DNA of 63,130 nucleotides, the filler included, from Reclinomonas americana ATCC 50394 (Eukaryota): assembly GCA_048213135.1 (NCBI GenBank). It is 5 parts of 3 records of this genome, joined end to end, with 100 filler letters (N's around TTAATTAATTAA, not from the genome) between each part and the next. Parts side by side here need not be neighbours in the genome. Positions count along the whole stretch, not along the records: positions 1 to 17,057 come from PS015265.1; 4 more parts are not named here. One strand, given 5' to 3'. The notes beneath the pieces were generated by a model, which had not been told where the DNA came from, ran no database searches, and saw nothing but the letters and a program-made list of their open reading frames with translations. Both the position numbers and the translations under genes were made by a program. How positions within the stretch are numbered: position 1 is the stretch's first letter; every line of letters begins with the position of its first letter. Shown piece by piece: positions 1 to 12,205 of the stretch.

Positions 1-39
1 GGAAGGGGGGATGGGGAGGGCACAGAGTGGTCAAGGATA

Positions 40-912
40 GATGGTGGAGAGGCAGCGATTGCACGCACAGCGGTCAAGGGTTTAGGGTGGAGAAACACTG
101 ATCGCACTCAGAGCGGTCAAGGGTTGAGGGTGGAGAGACAGCGATTGCACACGCATGTCAAGGGTTAAGGGTGGGGAGACAGCGATTGCACGCACAGCGG
201 TCAAGGGTTAAGGGTGGGGAGACAGCGATTGCACACAGCGGTCAAGGGTTGAGGGTGGAGAGATAGCGGTTGCACACACGGCGGTCAAGGGTTAAGGGTG
301 GAGAGACAGCGATTGCACACACAACGGCCAAGGGTTTAGGGTGGAGAGACAGCGATTGCACTCAGAGCGGTCAAGGGTTAAGGGTAAAGAGACGGCTATT
401 GCACGCACAGCGGTCAAGGGTTAAGGGTGGAGAGACAGCGATTGCACACGCAGCGGTCAAGGGTTCAGGGTGGGGAGACAGCGATTGCACACGCAGCGGT
501 CAAGGGTTAAGGATGGAGAGACAGCGATTGCACACAGCGGTCAAGGGTTGAGGGTGGAGAGATAGCGGTTGCACACACGGCGGTCAAGGGTTAAGGGTGG
601 AGAGACAGCGATTGCACACGCAGCCGTCAAGGGTTGAGGGCGAGGAGACAACGATTGCACACGTTGCGTTCAAGGGTTAAGGGTGGAGAGACAACGATTG
701 CACACGTAGTGGTCAAGGGTTGAGGGTGGGGAGACAGCGATTGCACACGCAGCGGTCAAGGGTTCAGGGTGGGGAGACAGCGATTGCACACGCAGCCGTC
801 AAGGGTTCAGGGTGGAGAGACAGCGATTGCACACGTAGCGGTCAAGGGTTAAGGGTGGGGAGACAGCGATTGCACTCAGAGCGGTCAAGGGTTAAGGGTG
901 GAGAGACAGCAA
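40..912. repeat. Intronic minisatellite, about 39-41 bp unit (GATTGCACACGCAGCGGTCAAGGGTTAAGGGTGGAGAGACAGC)
   Basis: About 20 imperfect tandem copies visible directly; followed by a pyrimidine tract and the AG acceptor at 1040. Confidence 0.95.
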
Positions 913-1040
913 TGGCTCTCTCGTCAGTTCTCGCAGCACTCCTGTCATTCATCCAAACGCACCTTTTCACCTTTCTTTGCCATACCTCTCTCTCCCTCTC
1001 CTTACCTTTCGTCTCTTCTCATCGTTCTCCCCTTTCGCAG

Positions 1041-1665
1041 AATGGCCTGGCCCTCCGCCCCGAGCGCACCTCCATGGACCGCGAGCGCAACGAGATTCGC
1101 CGCTCGATTACGACCCTGTTCCCGCGCCGCAACTGCTTCTGCATGGTGCTGCCGACGGCCGATGAGAGGACGTTGAACAATTTGTCGGCGGCCAAGGAGC
1201 GCGACTTGCGCCCCGAGTTCTTGCAGTCGGTGCGTCACAGAATCATGTCCCTTTCAAGCACCTTTCTTTTCAGTTCCTCACTCTCCTCTTTCACCCCAAC
1301 AGATGAACGACCTCAAGAAGCTCGTGTGGCGCATCACCCGCCCGATGCGTCAGCGCTCGCGCGACGTGACCGGTGAGACGTACCTGCGTCTGGCGCAGTG
1401 CTTTGTCGAGGCGGTCAACAGTGGTGGTTTGCCGAGCATTCGACCGAGCTGGAATGCCATTGTGTTGGTATGCTGGCGCTCGACGATTGGTGACGAGTCG
1501 GTGTAACTCACTGCCTCTTGCGTAGGTTCACAACAACGAAAAGTGCGAGGCCGTGATTCAGGAGTACCGACGACGGATTCAGGCGCTCTACGACCCGGAT
1601 GCGTCGCTGGAGAGCTTCTCGGCCGCGTGTGAAGTGTGAGTTCGCGGTGGCAGAAGATGGGGGAG

Positions 1666-1737
<72 letters not shown>

Positions 1738-4700
1738 GAGAGAGTAGTACGTTACGTACGTACGTAGTACGTACGTACGTACGTACGGTACGTACGGTAC
1801 GACGGACGGACGGACGGACGGTACGGACGGACGGNNNNNNNNNNNNNNNNNNNNNNNNNNNNNNNNNNNNNNNNNNNNNNNNNNNNNNNGAGAGAGAGAG
1901 AGAGACTGAAAGAGCGTGGCAGAAGGACGATTTGTTCCGTACAAGGAGAGTTCCCTTGTAACCGGGATAAGGGTCAAGCGGCAGGGCAAGGGTCAGAGGT
2001 CAAGGGCAATTGGTCAGAGAACCGACAGAGAGCAAAGGAGGGGTGGATGTGTGTGTTCTTTGCCGTCGACTCCACCTTCGACAAACTGGTTTTACTATTT
2101 TCGTTTGCTCTCCACTCTTCCCCCCATCCTTTATTTTCATGATCTCCTGCATCTCTACTGTGCTCTTTACCATAGACTCCTCATTTCGACAAACTGGTTT
2201 TACTATTTTCGTTCAGTCACCACTCTTCCCCCCGGTTCGCGTTCTGTTTTCCATCTGTTTCTCTTCATGGTATCCTGCACCTCTGATGTGCTCAATTTCT
2301 CGTCTTCACCATAGGCTCCTCGTTTGACAAACTGTTTAACTATTTTCGTTTGCTCTCCACTCTTCCCCCCTTTTCGCGTTCTGTTTGCATTTGTTTCTCT
2401 CCATTATCTCCTGCACTTTGCTGTGCTCAGTTTCTCGTCTCTCGTCTCTGACGTGCGCTTTTTATGTTCTCATTCTTGCAGCGATTGCGCTCGTCGTCTT
2501 CTACTGCGTCTCAGAATCAAGAATTTCTTTCTCAGCCTCATCTCTCACCACGTTTGCAGGCTGCGTGTCGAGGCCCTCGGCGTGTTCCATCAACGAGCCC
2601 TCAGCGACGACATTCAGCAGTACTTGGAGCGTCTCACAGTTGCGGCAAGTCACTCGCCTTTTGTGGTGATGCTGGCAACTGATGCTCCTTTGCAGAACGA
2701 GTTGAACATTACTCGCGACTCGCTGGCGCGTCAGTTGGAGCTGGAGATCTCGGAGCGATTCATGCGGCATGCGGATGATCTGGTGTCGGATATTGAGCGG
2801 GAGAAGTGCGAGTCGTTTGGTGATTTGGTGCGGGCCGTGAATGTCAGGATGGAAGGTAGGAGAGGGGAAGGGTGGAAGAGGGAAAGGGGGAGGGGGTAAG
2901 GGAAATGGGCAAAGGGAGAGGAGGGAGAAGATGAAGAATAAGGAAAATCGAAAGATGACCGTTTAGTGGGGGAGGATTGCAGTGGAGAAGGAAGAGAGGG
3001 GAACGGTTCGGGGAAGGGCCAGGACGCAAGAGGAGGAAGGTAATACAGAAGGAGCAGTGGAAGAATTAGAGAGAGGGGATATTACATTGAGAACTGGTGG
3101 ATGTGATAAGTTATTTGAAGGGACGCAATGTGGGGAAGGGAAAATGGGACAGTGGGGAAGGGGTATGGTTAGAGTTAGAGAGAAAGGTAAAAAAGATGTA
3201 ATTCAAGAGGACGGAAGGTAAATGGACGAAGGAGCTAGTGTCAAGGGAGACATGGAACGGAAGATCGGGAGTGTTGCAGGGGAGAATGAGGGGTGAGAAG
3301 TCAGAGGGGAAAGAGAGAGGCTGGAGAACTAGCATGGGAGGAAGGTAGAAGGAAACGTGAGTTGGACACGGTTTTGTTGGAGAGGGGGCTGTTAATCGAA
3401 GAGGGCACAAGGTGGACAGGTGCAGAGACAGAAAATTGTGAAGGGCAGAGGTGTGTTGAGTGAGGCAGTGAGAGGAAGAGCGTGCTGTGTGCACTGGGGA
3501 TGCGGCATGAATAAGTCAGTTTTCTTTCTGATTTGAGGATCTATCTCAGTTCATTCTCATTGCACCTCTGCTTGTTATGACGGTGATTGCCTCGTCTCTC
3601 ATTCCTGCTTGTCGCTTCAGAATTCTACAACCAACACGGCGAGCAACGTGCCTTCCAGCTGCGAAGCGCTCACATCTTCTCGCGCGTGCTGCGTGTGATG
3701 CTGAGTGGAGCTGAGCGTCTGGAAGATGCGCGGACGCGAGCGGAGCAGGTGTGGCAATGTTGTTGCTCTTTGTCTTGTGCTCTCCTTTTGTATTGACGAT
3801 TGTGCAGGCGATGGAGCGCGAGCTGTCGGATGCGCAGTTGACTGTTGAAGACATGCAGCGTCGACTGGAGGTGTCGCAGGTTGGAAAGGGGGCGGAAGGG
3901 GAGAGGGCAGAAGGGGAAGGGTGGGAGGGAGAGCAATAGAGAGAGTGAAAGAGAGGGAGTAAGAGAACGAGATTGAGAAGAGGAAGCACCAAGTGTTCCT
4001 GTCATTCGAAGTGGTCGACGACAGCGCGCTCGACTGTACTGAGTCAATAGACTGCTGAAGATAGGAAGTGGGGGATTGAGGCAAAGAGAGCTTGTGTTTC
4101 TCGAGCGGACGATCAAGAGTTGAGATTGCACACACACCGATTATGTACAATGGGTGGGGAAACTGTGCTGGAGAGATAGTGAGAGATCGATTCCGCAAGC
4201 ACGCACTCGCTTACGCATACCAACGACAAGAAGAGTGTATGTATGTGCAAGAGAGAAAGTGGCAGATGTGCATCGACACGTTCAGGAGGGAAAAGAAAAG
4301 CGAGAAATATCACAAGGCTTGACACGTGCCGGCGCCCGCGCACACTGACAAGTAGACAGAGAGAGATTTAGCAGAAGTGAATGAGTGCCAGTATTTCCAC
4401 TCAGACACACGGGGAGAGGTCAAGGAGAGAGAGAGAGAGAGAGAGGTAGAGAAAGTTGCAGATATGCATTGAGTTCAGGATGGGAAAGAAAAGCGAGAGA
4501 AACGTGAGGGAGAGCACGCCGCACTTGACACGCACAGGCACCCACGCACACAAAAGAGAGGTGAAAAAGAGATGGAGGAAGAGAGAGTGCATCAGTGTCC
4601 GCGATTGAGAGAGTGAGCAAATGAGTGACAGCACGCACTCGTACAGGGTCATTTGTTTAGAGACGATGCTGTCAAACACCATGAGCTTGGAGCCCACTGT

Positions 4701-7222
4701 GATTCTCACTCGCCCTCCTCCCCCCACAGCAAGAAATCGAGGCACTGCGTCAGGAGGCGCAGGACTTTGCCGACACGGAAGGCAGCATGCAGCGGGAGTT
4801 GCAGCGCTTGCGCTCACAGGCGTCGGTTTGTTAGCGTCCTTCTTGGTAATTGCAGCTCCTCCCACTCATCTTTTTGCTCCACAGGCTGGAGACAGTGAAC
4901 TGGGTGTCCTGCAAGCCGACTATCATCGCCTGGAGCAGCAGTACCAGGAGTTGGAGGTTTGCTGCTCTGTGTTGAGATGGGTGTTGCGAGTCGTGGCTCA
5001 TGTTTGTGACATTTGCAGCGTGCCTCGCGTGCGCAAGTCGACCAGAGCCGGACCAGCGAGTCGCGATACGAGGATCGCTTGCATCGTGTGCAGCGTGACG
5101 CATCGGAGAAGGTGTGTGGTCATCTGCAATTAAGGTTAATCTCTCGCCGCCTCACCTCCGCCTCAGATCGACCAGTTGACGCAGCAGATTGCGATGTACG
5201 AGGAGGAGATTGCGGTCTGTCGCGCGCACAGGCGTTGATGTCCCGCTGCAAGAATTTCACTCATTCTTTGGTGATAGGGTCTTCGCAACTCTTGTGCCGA
5301 GCTGGAGTCGCAGCTGTTGGAGCAGGGTGGTCGCGGGTCGGCTGCTGCCGGTCGCGGTGGGGATACGGACTATTGGCGCGAGAGGTACGAGCGGTTGTTG
5401 GAGGATTACAACATTCTGGCGGATGAGAGTACGGTGAGTGTGGAGAGTGGGAGAGGATGTTGGGAGAGTGACTGATGTGGGAGACGTGTGTGTGTGCAGG
5501 CTGCGGATCAGGTGGTGGCGCAGGTGGCGTTGGAGGTGAGGTGGGGGAAGAGGGGAAGGGAGGAGCGAGGGGAAAGAGAGAGAGATGAGGGGGAATGGTG
5601 AGGAGAGAAGACGACATGGTAACAGAAGGGAAAGAGAGGCGAAGATGAGAGAGGAGAGTGGGAAACTACGAAATATGAAATATGTGCAATGGGTGAGGAT
5701 AGGAGAGAGGAAGGAGTGAGCGGGTGACAAGGGAGAGGAGTGTTGACGGATGAGACATGGAAGGGAGGGGAAGGGTGAATGTGTATGCTTGTGAAGAGAG
5801 ACGAAGATGAGAGAGGAGAGGGGGGAAGAGCTACGAAATATGTGCAAATGGGTGAGGATAGGAGAGAGGAAGGAGTGAGCGGGTGACAAGGGAGAGGAGT
5901 GTGAAAAGGGAGAATGAGAGACAAGTTGAGAGGAAAGAACCTTGATATTTATCGTCATCCACTTCACAACCACCCGCTTGTGCTCCTATTCTCATCTCTC
6001 GTCGTATCCTCGCGCAGCGCCGACAAGAGGACAGCGAAGTTGCGCCTGATTCCCTCTTTGCAACCCTTCTCGTCCTCCTTTCTCATTCTCCTCTCCCACC
6101 GCAGATGCAGGAGGTCGACGACTCGACGCCGCGCAAGAGCGCTGCTGCCGCACGTGGCACGCCGTCGAGCTCACGCCGGCGTGGACGGCAGAGCGAGGTC
6201 GACATGGACGGCATCAATCAGTTCATTGCGTCGACTGTGAAGGTTCGGCTCCACGTGCGACTCTTCTTCTGCAGTTGTCTGTCACACTGAGCGTGTGTAT
6301 TGTGAGCAGAAGGAGAAGGGCACGCCGAAGCGTGCTCCCGAGGACGAGGGAGCCGGTCAGCCGGCGTCGAAACGTCGTGTGGTGCGTGGCAGTTGCACTC
6401 GCGGTTCTCTGTTGCAGTGGCTCACTCGCCGTTTCGCAGTCGATTGGTGAACCGTTGAAAGATTCGGGTAGCCTGTCGGTGCCGTTCCTGAAGAACTTCC
6501 TGTCAGAGAACTTCCCCACCGAGTATGCCAGTGCGGGGTGAGTGTCATTGGTGTGCGCGAGGGTGAGCGGGATGCTGAAAAAAATGGGTGTGCAGTGGCA
6601 GCAAGATGACCAAGCCCAAGTTGGTGGAGTTGTACGATCGGTTGAATGGTGGTGGTGGTGACGATGAGGATGGTGGGGAGGATGACGAGGTGATGGAGCG
6701 GGCGTCGGTGAGTGGGGAGGAGAAGGGCAAAGGGGGGAGGGGGTAGAGGGAGAGGAAGGGAAAGGGAGAGGGGGAGAGGGAAAGGGAGAGAGAGAGGGAG
6801 AGAGAAGGAAGTGGCAGCACGCACCAGTTGGCACTGCTTGTCCTCCTCACTTATCGTACAGTTGGCTGTGATGATTTGTGCGACAGTAAAGGTGGTAGGG
6901 GTTGCATTTGTGTGTGGCGAGTAAGCGCGAAGTAGATTGGACTGAGTCGTTGCGCGCTGAAGTGGAAGGGAGGAAGTGAGAAGCAGTGTGGCAAACTTTC
7001 AGTGTTGGTGATCTGTGTGAGAGTGAGGTTTGTGTTTGGGAGAGAATGGCCTATTTTTTCGGTGTGCGCAGTGGATTGTATTCGTCTCTCCATGTGCGTG
7101 ACAAGTGTCAGATTGACCCTTGACCCCTTGACCCTTGGATCTGCGTTCGCTTGCAGTGACTGATGGACAGTGCGGCGACAAGTGCAGTAGACTGAGAGTG
7201 CGAATGTGTGTGTGAGGTTGTG

Positions 7223-7287
<65 letters not shown>

Positions 7288-8535
7288 GAGGAGGAGGAGG
7301 ANNNNNNNNNNNNNNNNNNNNNNNNNNNNNNNNNNNNNNNNNNNNNNNNNNNNNNNNNNNNNNNNNNNNNNNNNNNNNNNNNNNNNNNNNNNNNNNNNNN
7401 NNNNNNNNNNNNNNNNNNNNNNNNNNNNNNNNNNNNNNNNNNNNNNNNNNNNNNNNNNNNNNNNNNNNNNNNNNNNNNNNNNNNNNNNNNNNNNNNNNNN
7501 NNNNNNNNNNNNNNNNNNNNNNNNNNNNNNNNNNNNNNNNNNNNNNNNNNNNNNNNNNNNNNNNNNNNNNNNNNNNNNNNNNNNNNNNNNNNNNNNNNNN
7601 NNNNNNNNNNNNNNNNNNNNNNNNNNNNNNNNNNNNNNNNNNNNNNNNNNNNNNNNNNNNNNNNNNNNNNNNNNNNNNNNNNNNNNNNNNNNNNNNNNNN
7701 NNNNNNNNNNNNNNNNNNNNNNNNNNNNNNNNNNNNNNNNNNNNNNNNNNNNNNNNNNNNNNNNNNNNNNNNNNNNNNNNNNNNNNNNNNNNNNNNNNNN
7801 NNNNNNNNNNNNNNNNNNNNNNNNNNNNNNNNNNNNNNNNNNNNNNNNNNNNNNNNNNNNNNNNNNNNNNNNNNNNNNNNNNNNNNNNNNNNNNNNNNNN
7901 NNNNNNNNNNNNNNNNNNNNNNNNNNNNNNNNNNNNNNNNNNNNNNNNNNNNNNNNNNNNNNNNNNNNNNNNNNNNNNNNNNNNNNNNNNNNNNNNNNNN
8001 NNNNNNNNNNNNNNNNNNNNNNNNNNNNNNNNNNNNNNNNNNNNNNNNNNNNNNNNNNNNNNNNNNNNNNNNNNNNNNNNNNNNNNNNGCCGCGAAGGTG
8101 AAAGAAGGTAGGAGATGTGTGCGTTAGGGAGAGAGAGAGAGAGAGACTCTGTACATCAGAGCGATGCCTGTACTGTATGCTAGACTCTCTCACACATGTG
8201 TGCGATGCATTACAGGTCTCGCAACGCAGCGCCTCGTCCTCAGCCGCCGCCCCGTCCGGGAGCGGTCTGCCCGACCCCGAGTCGCTGACGGCACCGTTCA
8301 TGAAGAACCACTTGTCGGAGCAGTTGCGTGTGCAATCTTCTTGATTGTGCCTGATCTGGTTGTTGATCGGCGGCGTGCATTTCAATGCAGCTTCCCGGTC
8401 GAGTTCGAGAAGGCCAACGGCCGTGCCATGAAGAAGCAGGCATTGGTCACGCTGGTGAGTAGCTGTGTGTCTGCGTGTGTCCTTGTCGGTCGCTGACTGG
8501 ATGTGCCGTTGCAGTGGAAGCGACTGTACAAGTGA
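1041..8535 (+). CDS. Guanylate-binding protein (GBP)-family GTPase, 5' partial, multi-exon, with coiled coil, bipartite NLS and two C-terminal HeH/LEM-like domains
   Basis: Spliced exons give ERNEIRRSITTLFPRRNCF...LRPEF...VTGETYLRLAQCFVEAVNSGGLPSI, matching the end of the GBP GTPase domain and start of the helical domain. Then coiled coil, KRAPEDEGAGQPASKRRV, and repeats SLSVPFLKNFLSENFP...KPKLVELYDRL and DPESLTAPFMKNHLSEHFP...KKQALVTLWKRL. Stop TGA at 8533-8535. Confidence 0.8.
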
Positions 8536-8625
8536 GAGGCGCAGTAGCACAGATAGGTGATGAGAGGCGTGGAGGCTGAGTCACGAATGAAAGAGGGCAT
8601 CGACCACAGCAATCACCATAAACAA

Positions 8626-9439
8626 GCAACAGCTGTCTCGGGTGACCAAGTTCAACCGTATCCAAAACATCAACACAGACACCAGTCTTGAGGCAGCAGC
8701 GAGCTCCGAACAAGTCGAGAACTGCGATCTTCACCGCATAAGCGTGGTTGACCAGTGGATTTGACGCACTTGCGTAGACGCATAGCGTTTCCTGCGATCG
8801 TACACGGCACATCGAATTCGGGAAAAGGCCATAGCCAGGCAAACATGCAAAGCCGGGTCCGGATCCGTGGAGTAAGCAAGCAAAGCATCTCATGCGTGCA
8901 AGCGCGTTGTCTTCTATACACTGGTGTTTGGCTCCGGTGGCATCGTCCCGAAACGGACTGGTGACAACGTGGCCGAACTGGTGTATGGCCGTTCACGTTA
9001 CACGGATCGCTGCTGTCGAAACTGTGCAGTTGCGCTGCACGCCACGACCATTGCATCTGGTCGGCGCATTGCGGTGCCGTTGCGCATGCCGGGATCAACA
9101 GGCGGCAGTGACATCTCTCGTGAGCAACTCCATCAGCGACGACCACTCAACAACACCTCAGCTGCTTCCCGGACTTACTTGTATGTGTTCTGACACCAAC
9201 AACTCGTGCTATCTCTCTCGTTTCCTTGGTGGAATTCGGCGTCAAATCCGTGCTTGTCATGAGCCGTGGTTTCTCTTGCAGAAACGCCAGCATTACCCTT
9301 CTCGACTTTTTCTCGCCTTTCTCGTGATGTCTGAGTTTTTGGTGCTCACTCAAGATGGTGATCATCATTCAGCTGTGTTGCTGTTTGGGTTAGTAAAGTT
9401 GTTGTTATTGCTTGCTCGTGGCCTTTTCCCGAATTCGAT
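8626..9439. repeat. Degenerate interspersed repeat of unknown identity, with a 21-bp inverted repeat
   Basis: 8626-8700 resembles the reverse complement of 62441-62523; GGATTTGACGCACTTGC occurs at 8757 and 62561; ATCGAATTCGGGAAAAGGCCA (8811-8831) is inverted at 9419-9439. Confidence 0.55.
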
Positions 9440-9606
9440 ATCGATGACCGGCAAAAACAGTACTNNNNNNNNNNNNNNNNNNNNNNNNNNNNNNNNNNNN
9501 NNNNNNNNNNNNNNNNNNNNNNNNNNNNNNNNNNNNNNNNNNNNNNNNNNNNNNNNNNNNNNNNNNNNNNCCTCTCACACACCCCATCTGACACTCTCTC
9601 GCACAG

Positions 9607-12132
9607 GCATCCAACGCATCCGCAAGGTCTCTCACACACAAGCAGCACGCAATCTTCCTCTCTCTTTCTCTCTCACACGTGTCTGCATGCAGGACTACAA
9701 GAGCGGCTCAGGCACAGATCGCTCCATCACTCTACACCTCATCCTCCGTCACGTCTACAACACCATCATCCGTGTTGTTCCACGATCCATTGCGTTGCGC
9801 TCTTTCTGCACAACAATCAGTTGTCCATCAGTCTCACTCCCGTACAGTCCGAACGTGATCACGCTGACCGGCTTCCTCTGTGTGGCACTCTTCGTGGCCA
9901 CTGGTGTCTATTATGCCCCGCAGCTGCTTGGCGAGTGCCCGCGATGGGTCTACCTGCTCTCCGCAGTGTGCATGCTGGCCTATCAGACGTGCGACAACCT
10001 CGACGGGAAGCAGGCGGTGCGCACCAAGTCGTCGTCGGCACTGGGCGAGCTGTTTGATCACGGAGTTGATGCGTTGGCGGTGCCGGTGAGCCCCTTGCGT
10101 TGAGAGAGAAAGGCTTGCCAGCTGACGCAGCTTCTCTCTCGTTTGTTAGTTGGGCACTGTCGGCGTCTGTGTGTCGTTGTCGTTGGGGATTTCGTGGGGC
10201 GCGGTGCTGTACTTGTGGACGGCCACGCTGCCGTTTGGGTGTGCCACGTGGGAGGAGTTGCGACGCGCGCGGTGAAGAGTGGGTGCGGTGTTTCTCTCTC
10301 TCACGCGCTGAGATGGTGCAGATATCATCGCGGTTTCCTGCACTTTCCCGTCATCAATGGCGCGATTGAGGGCTTGATCCTGATTGCCGGCTTGCATCTC
10401 ATCTCGTTCTTCAATGGTGCGCACGGGGGAATGGGCAGAGAGGGAGAGAGGGAGGGAGAGAGGGGGGGAGGGAGAGAGGGAAGGAGGGAGGGAGGGAGGG
10501 AGAGAGAGGAGGGAGGAGAGACATGCTCTTCGTCTTCCTCCTCTCCTTCCCTTCTTCTGCTTCTTGTTGTTGGTGGTGGAGTTTTTCTTCTTTTCCTTCT
10601 TTTATTCTTCTCATCCTCCTCATCCTTCTTCTCTCCTTTCTTTTCTTCTCTTTCTGATTTTTCTTGAGGAGAAGAAGGAAGTGGAGGAAGAAGAAGGAAG
10701 TGGGTGAGGGAGGAGAAGAAGAAAAGGAACAACAACAACAGCAATAACTACAACAATAAGAACGAGAAGGAGATGAGGATGGAGATGGAGAAGCACAGCA
10801 AGAATGTAAGAAATAAACTGTGACGGCGAGAAGAGAAGTTCTTCCACCTCTCCTCCTCTTCTTCTTCCTCCTCCTCCCCGTCTTTTTTCTCATTTATTGT
10901 TCAGTTCATCGTCAACTCTCCCGTTTGCTTCCTCCTCCTCCTCCTCGTCCTCTCCCTCCCTTCTTCTTCTTCTTTTCTTCTCCTCATGATTTCTTATCTT
11001 CTTGCCGTCGCTGTTCATACCTTCCGTTCTTGCTGTGCTTCTCCTTCTCAATCCTCATCTCCTTCGCGTTCTTATTGTTGTAGTTGTTGCTGTTGTTATT
11101 GTTCTTTCCTTCTTCTTATCCTCCTCCCCAGTCTTCTTCTTCTTCGTCTTCTTCCTCTTGCTCTTCTCTTTGCCTCCTCCTCCTGCCTCTTCTTTTCCTC
11201 ATTTATTGTTCTGTTCATTGTCTTCTTCTTCTTCTTCTTCTTCCTCCTCCTCCTCCCCCTCCTCCGCCTCGTCCCTCACCGTTCCTGCTTCCCCTCTCTC
11301 TTCCCTTACCACTCCTTCCCCTTAATTGCAGGTTCCGGCATCTGGCACCAGGACCTCGCCACCATCTTCCCCAACTCCTCCCTGACCAAGTTGCCGCTGC
11401 TGCACGGCATTCCACTGTACCAATACGCACTGTCCATTGGCCTCGCGCAGGTCACTCTCACGTCGGTGCAAAAGTTGAGTCAATCGCTCCTCTCCCTCTC
11501 TTCTGCATCATGCCCTCACTTACCACGCCCCGCGCAGCCTGATCCGAGTGGCCAACAACGAGTCACGCCACGTGAGTCGTGAAGGCACCTTCCGCTCCCT
11601 GCTGCCACTGGCCGTGTGGGCCGTATGCATGTTCGCGTGGCGGGCCTTCGCCCCCGACTTGCCGGCCATGGAGCGCCTGCCCGTGCTCTACTTTGCCGCC
11701 GTCGGCTGCTCCTTTGCCAAGCTGTCGGTGAGCCAAAAGACATAGACAGCAAGGCGATGTTGCGCACTCAACCACACCTGCTTACACAGACCAACCTCAC
11801 CGTGTGCCACGTCTCGTACGACCCGTATCCGCTGCTGCACTGGAACCTCCTTCCGGTCATGGTGCCGGCCGTGCACGCCTGCATCGCCTTCTTCACCGGG
11901 TACAACTCGCACCACACCGCCTTCCTATTCTTCACCCCCTCGTAAACACTCACTTGCGCCTTTGCACAGTCACGTTTTCATTGACGAAACCACGCTCCTG
12001 TACCTCTCGGCACTAACGTCGACCGCCCTCTACGTCGGCTACATTGTGCGCGTCGTGCGTGAGATCTCCACACGTGCCGGCATTCCCGTGTTTACATTAC
12101 CGCCACTGGAGGTCGTCGCCAAGGCACAGTAA
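9607..12132 (+). CDS. Choline/ethanolamine phosphotransferase (CDP-alcohol phosphatidyltransferase), start probably in the gap
   Basis: APNVITL and the CDP-alcohol motif DNLDGKQAVRTKSSSALGELFDHGVD; ATWEEYHRGFLHFPVINGAIEG; several hydrophobic segments; stop TAA at 12130-12132. Confidence 0.92.
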
Positions 12133-12205
12133 AGCAAGCAAGCGACGTTGAGCGCAACAAGAATGTACAGGACTTTTCCACAGTTGTCTCTTTGTGTTGT
12201 GCGCA

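Noticed and set aside
40-912. CRISPR-like array
   Set aside because: Units are contiguous with no unique spacers; eukaryotic intron context and no cas genes.
1745-1834. ACGT/TACG tandem repeats (also about 32590-32800)
   Set aside because: Found only at gap edges after long microsatellites; typical of pyrosequencing flow-order noise at read ends.
9085-9110. VDPG peptide on the minus strand suggesting TnpB/Fanzor RuvC-I
   Set aside because: Frame is short and closed by stops; no further RuvC or zinc-finger motifs seen.
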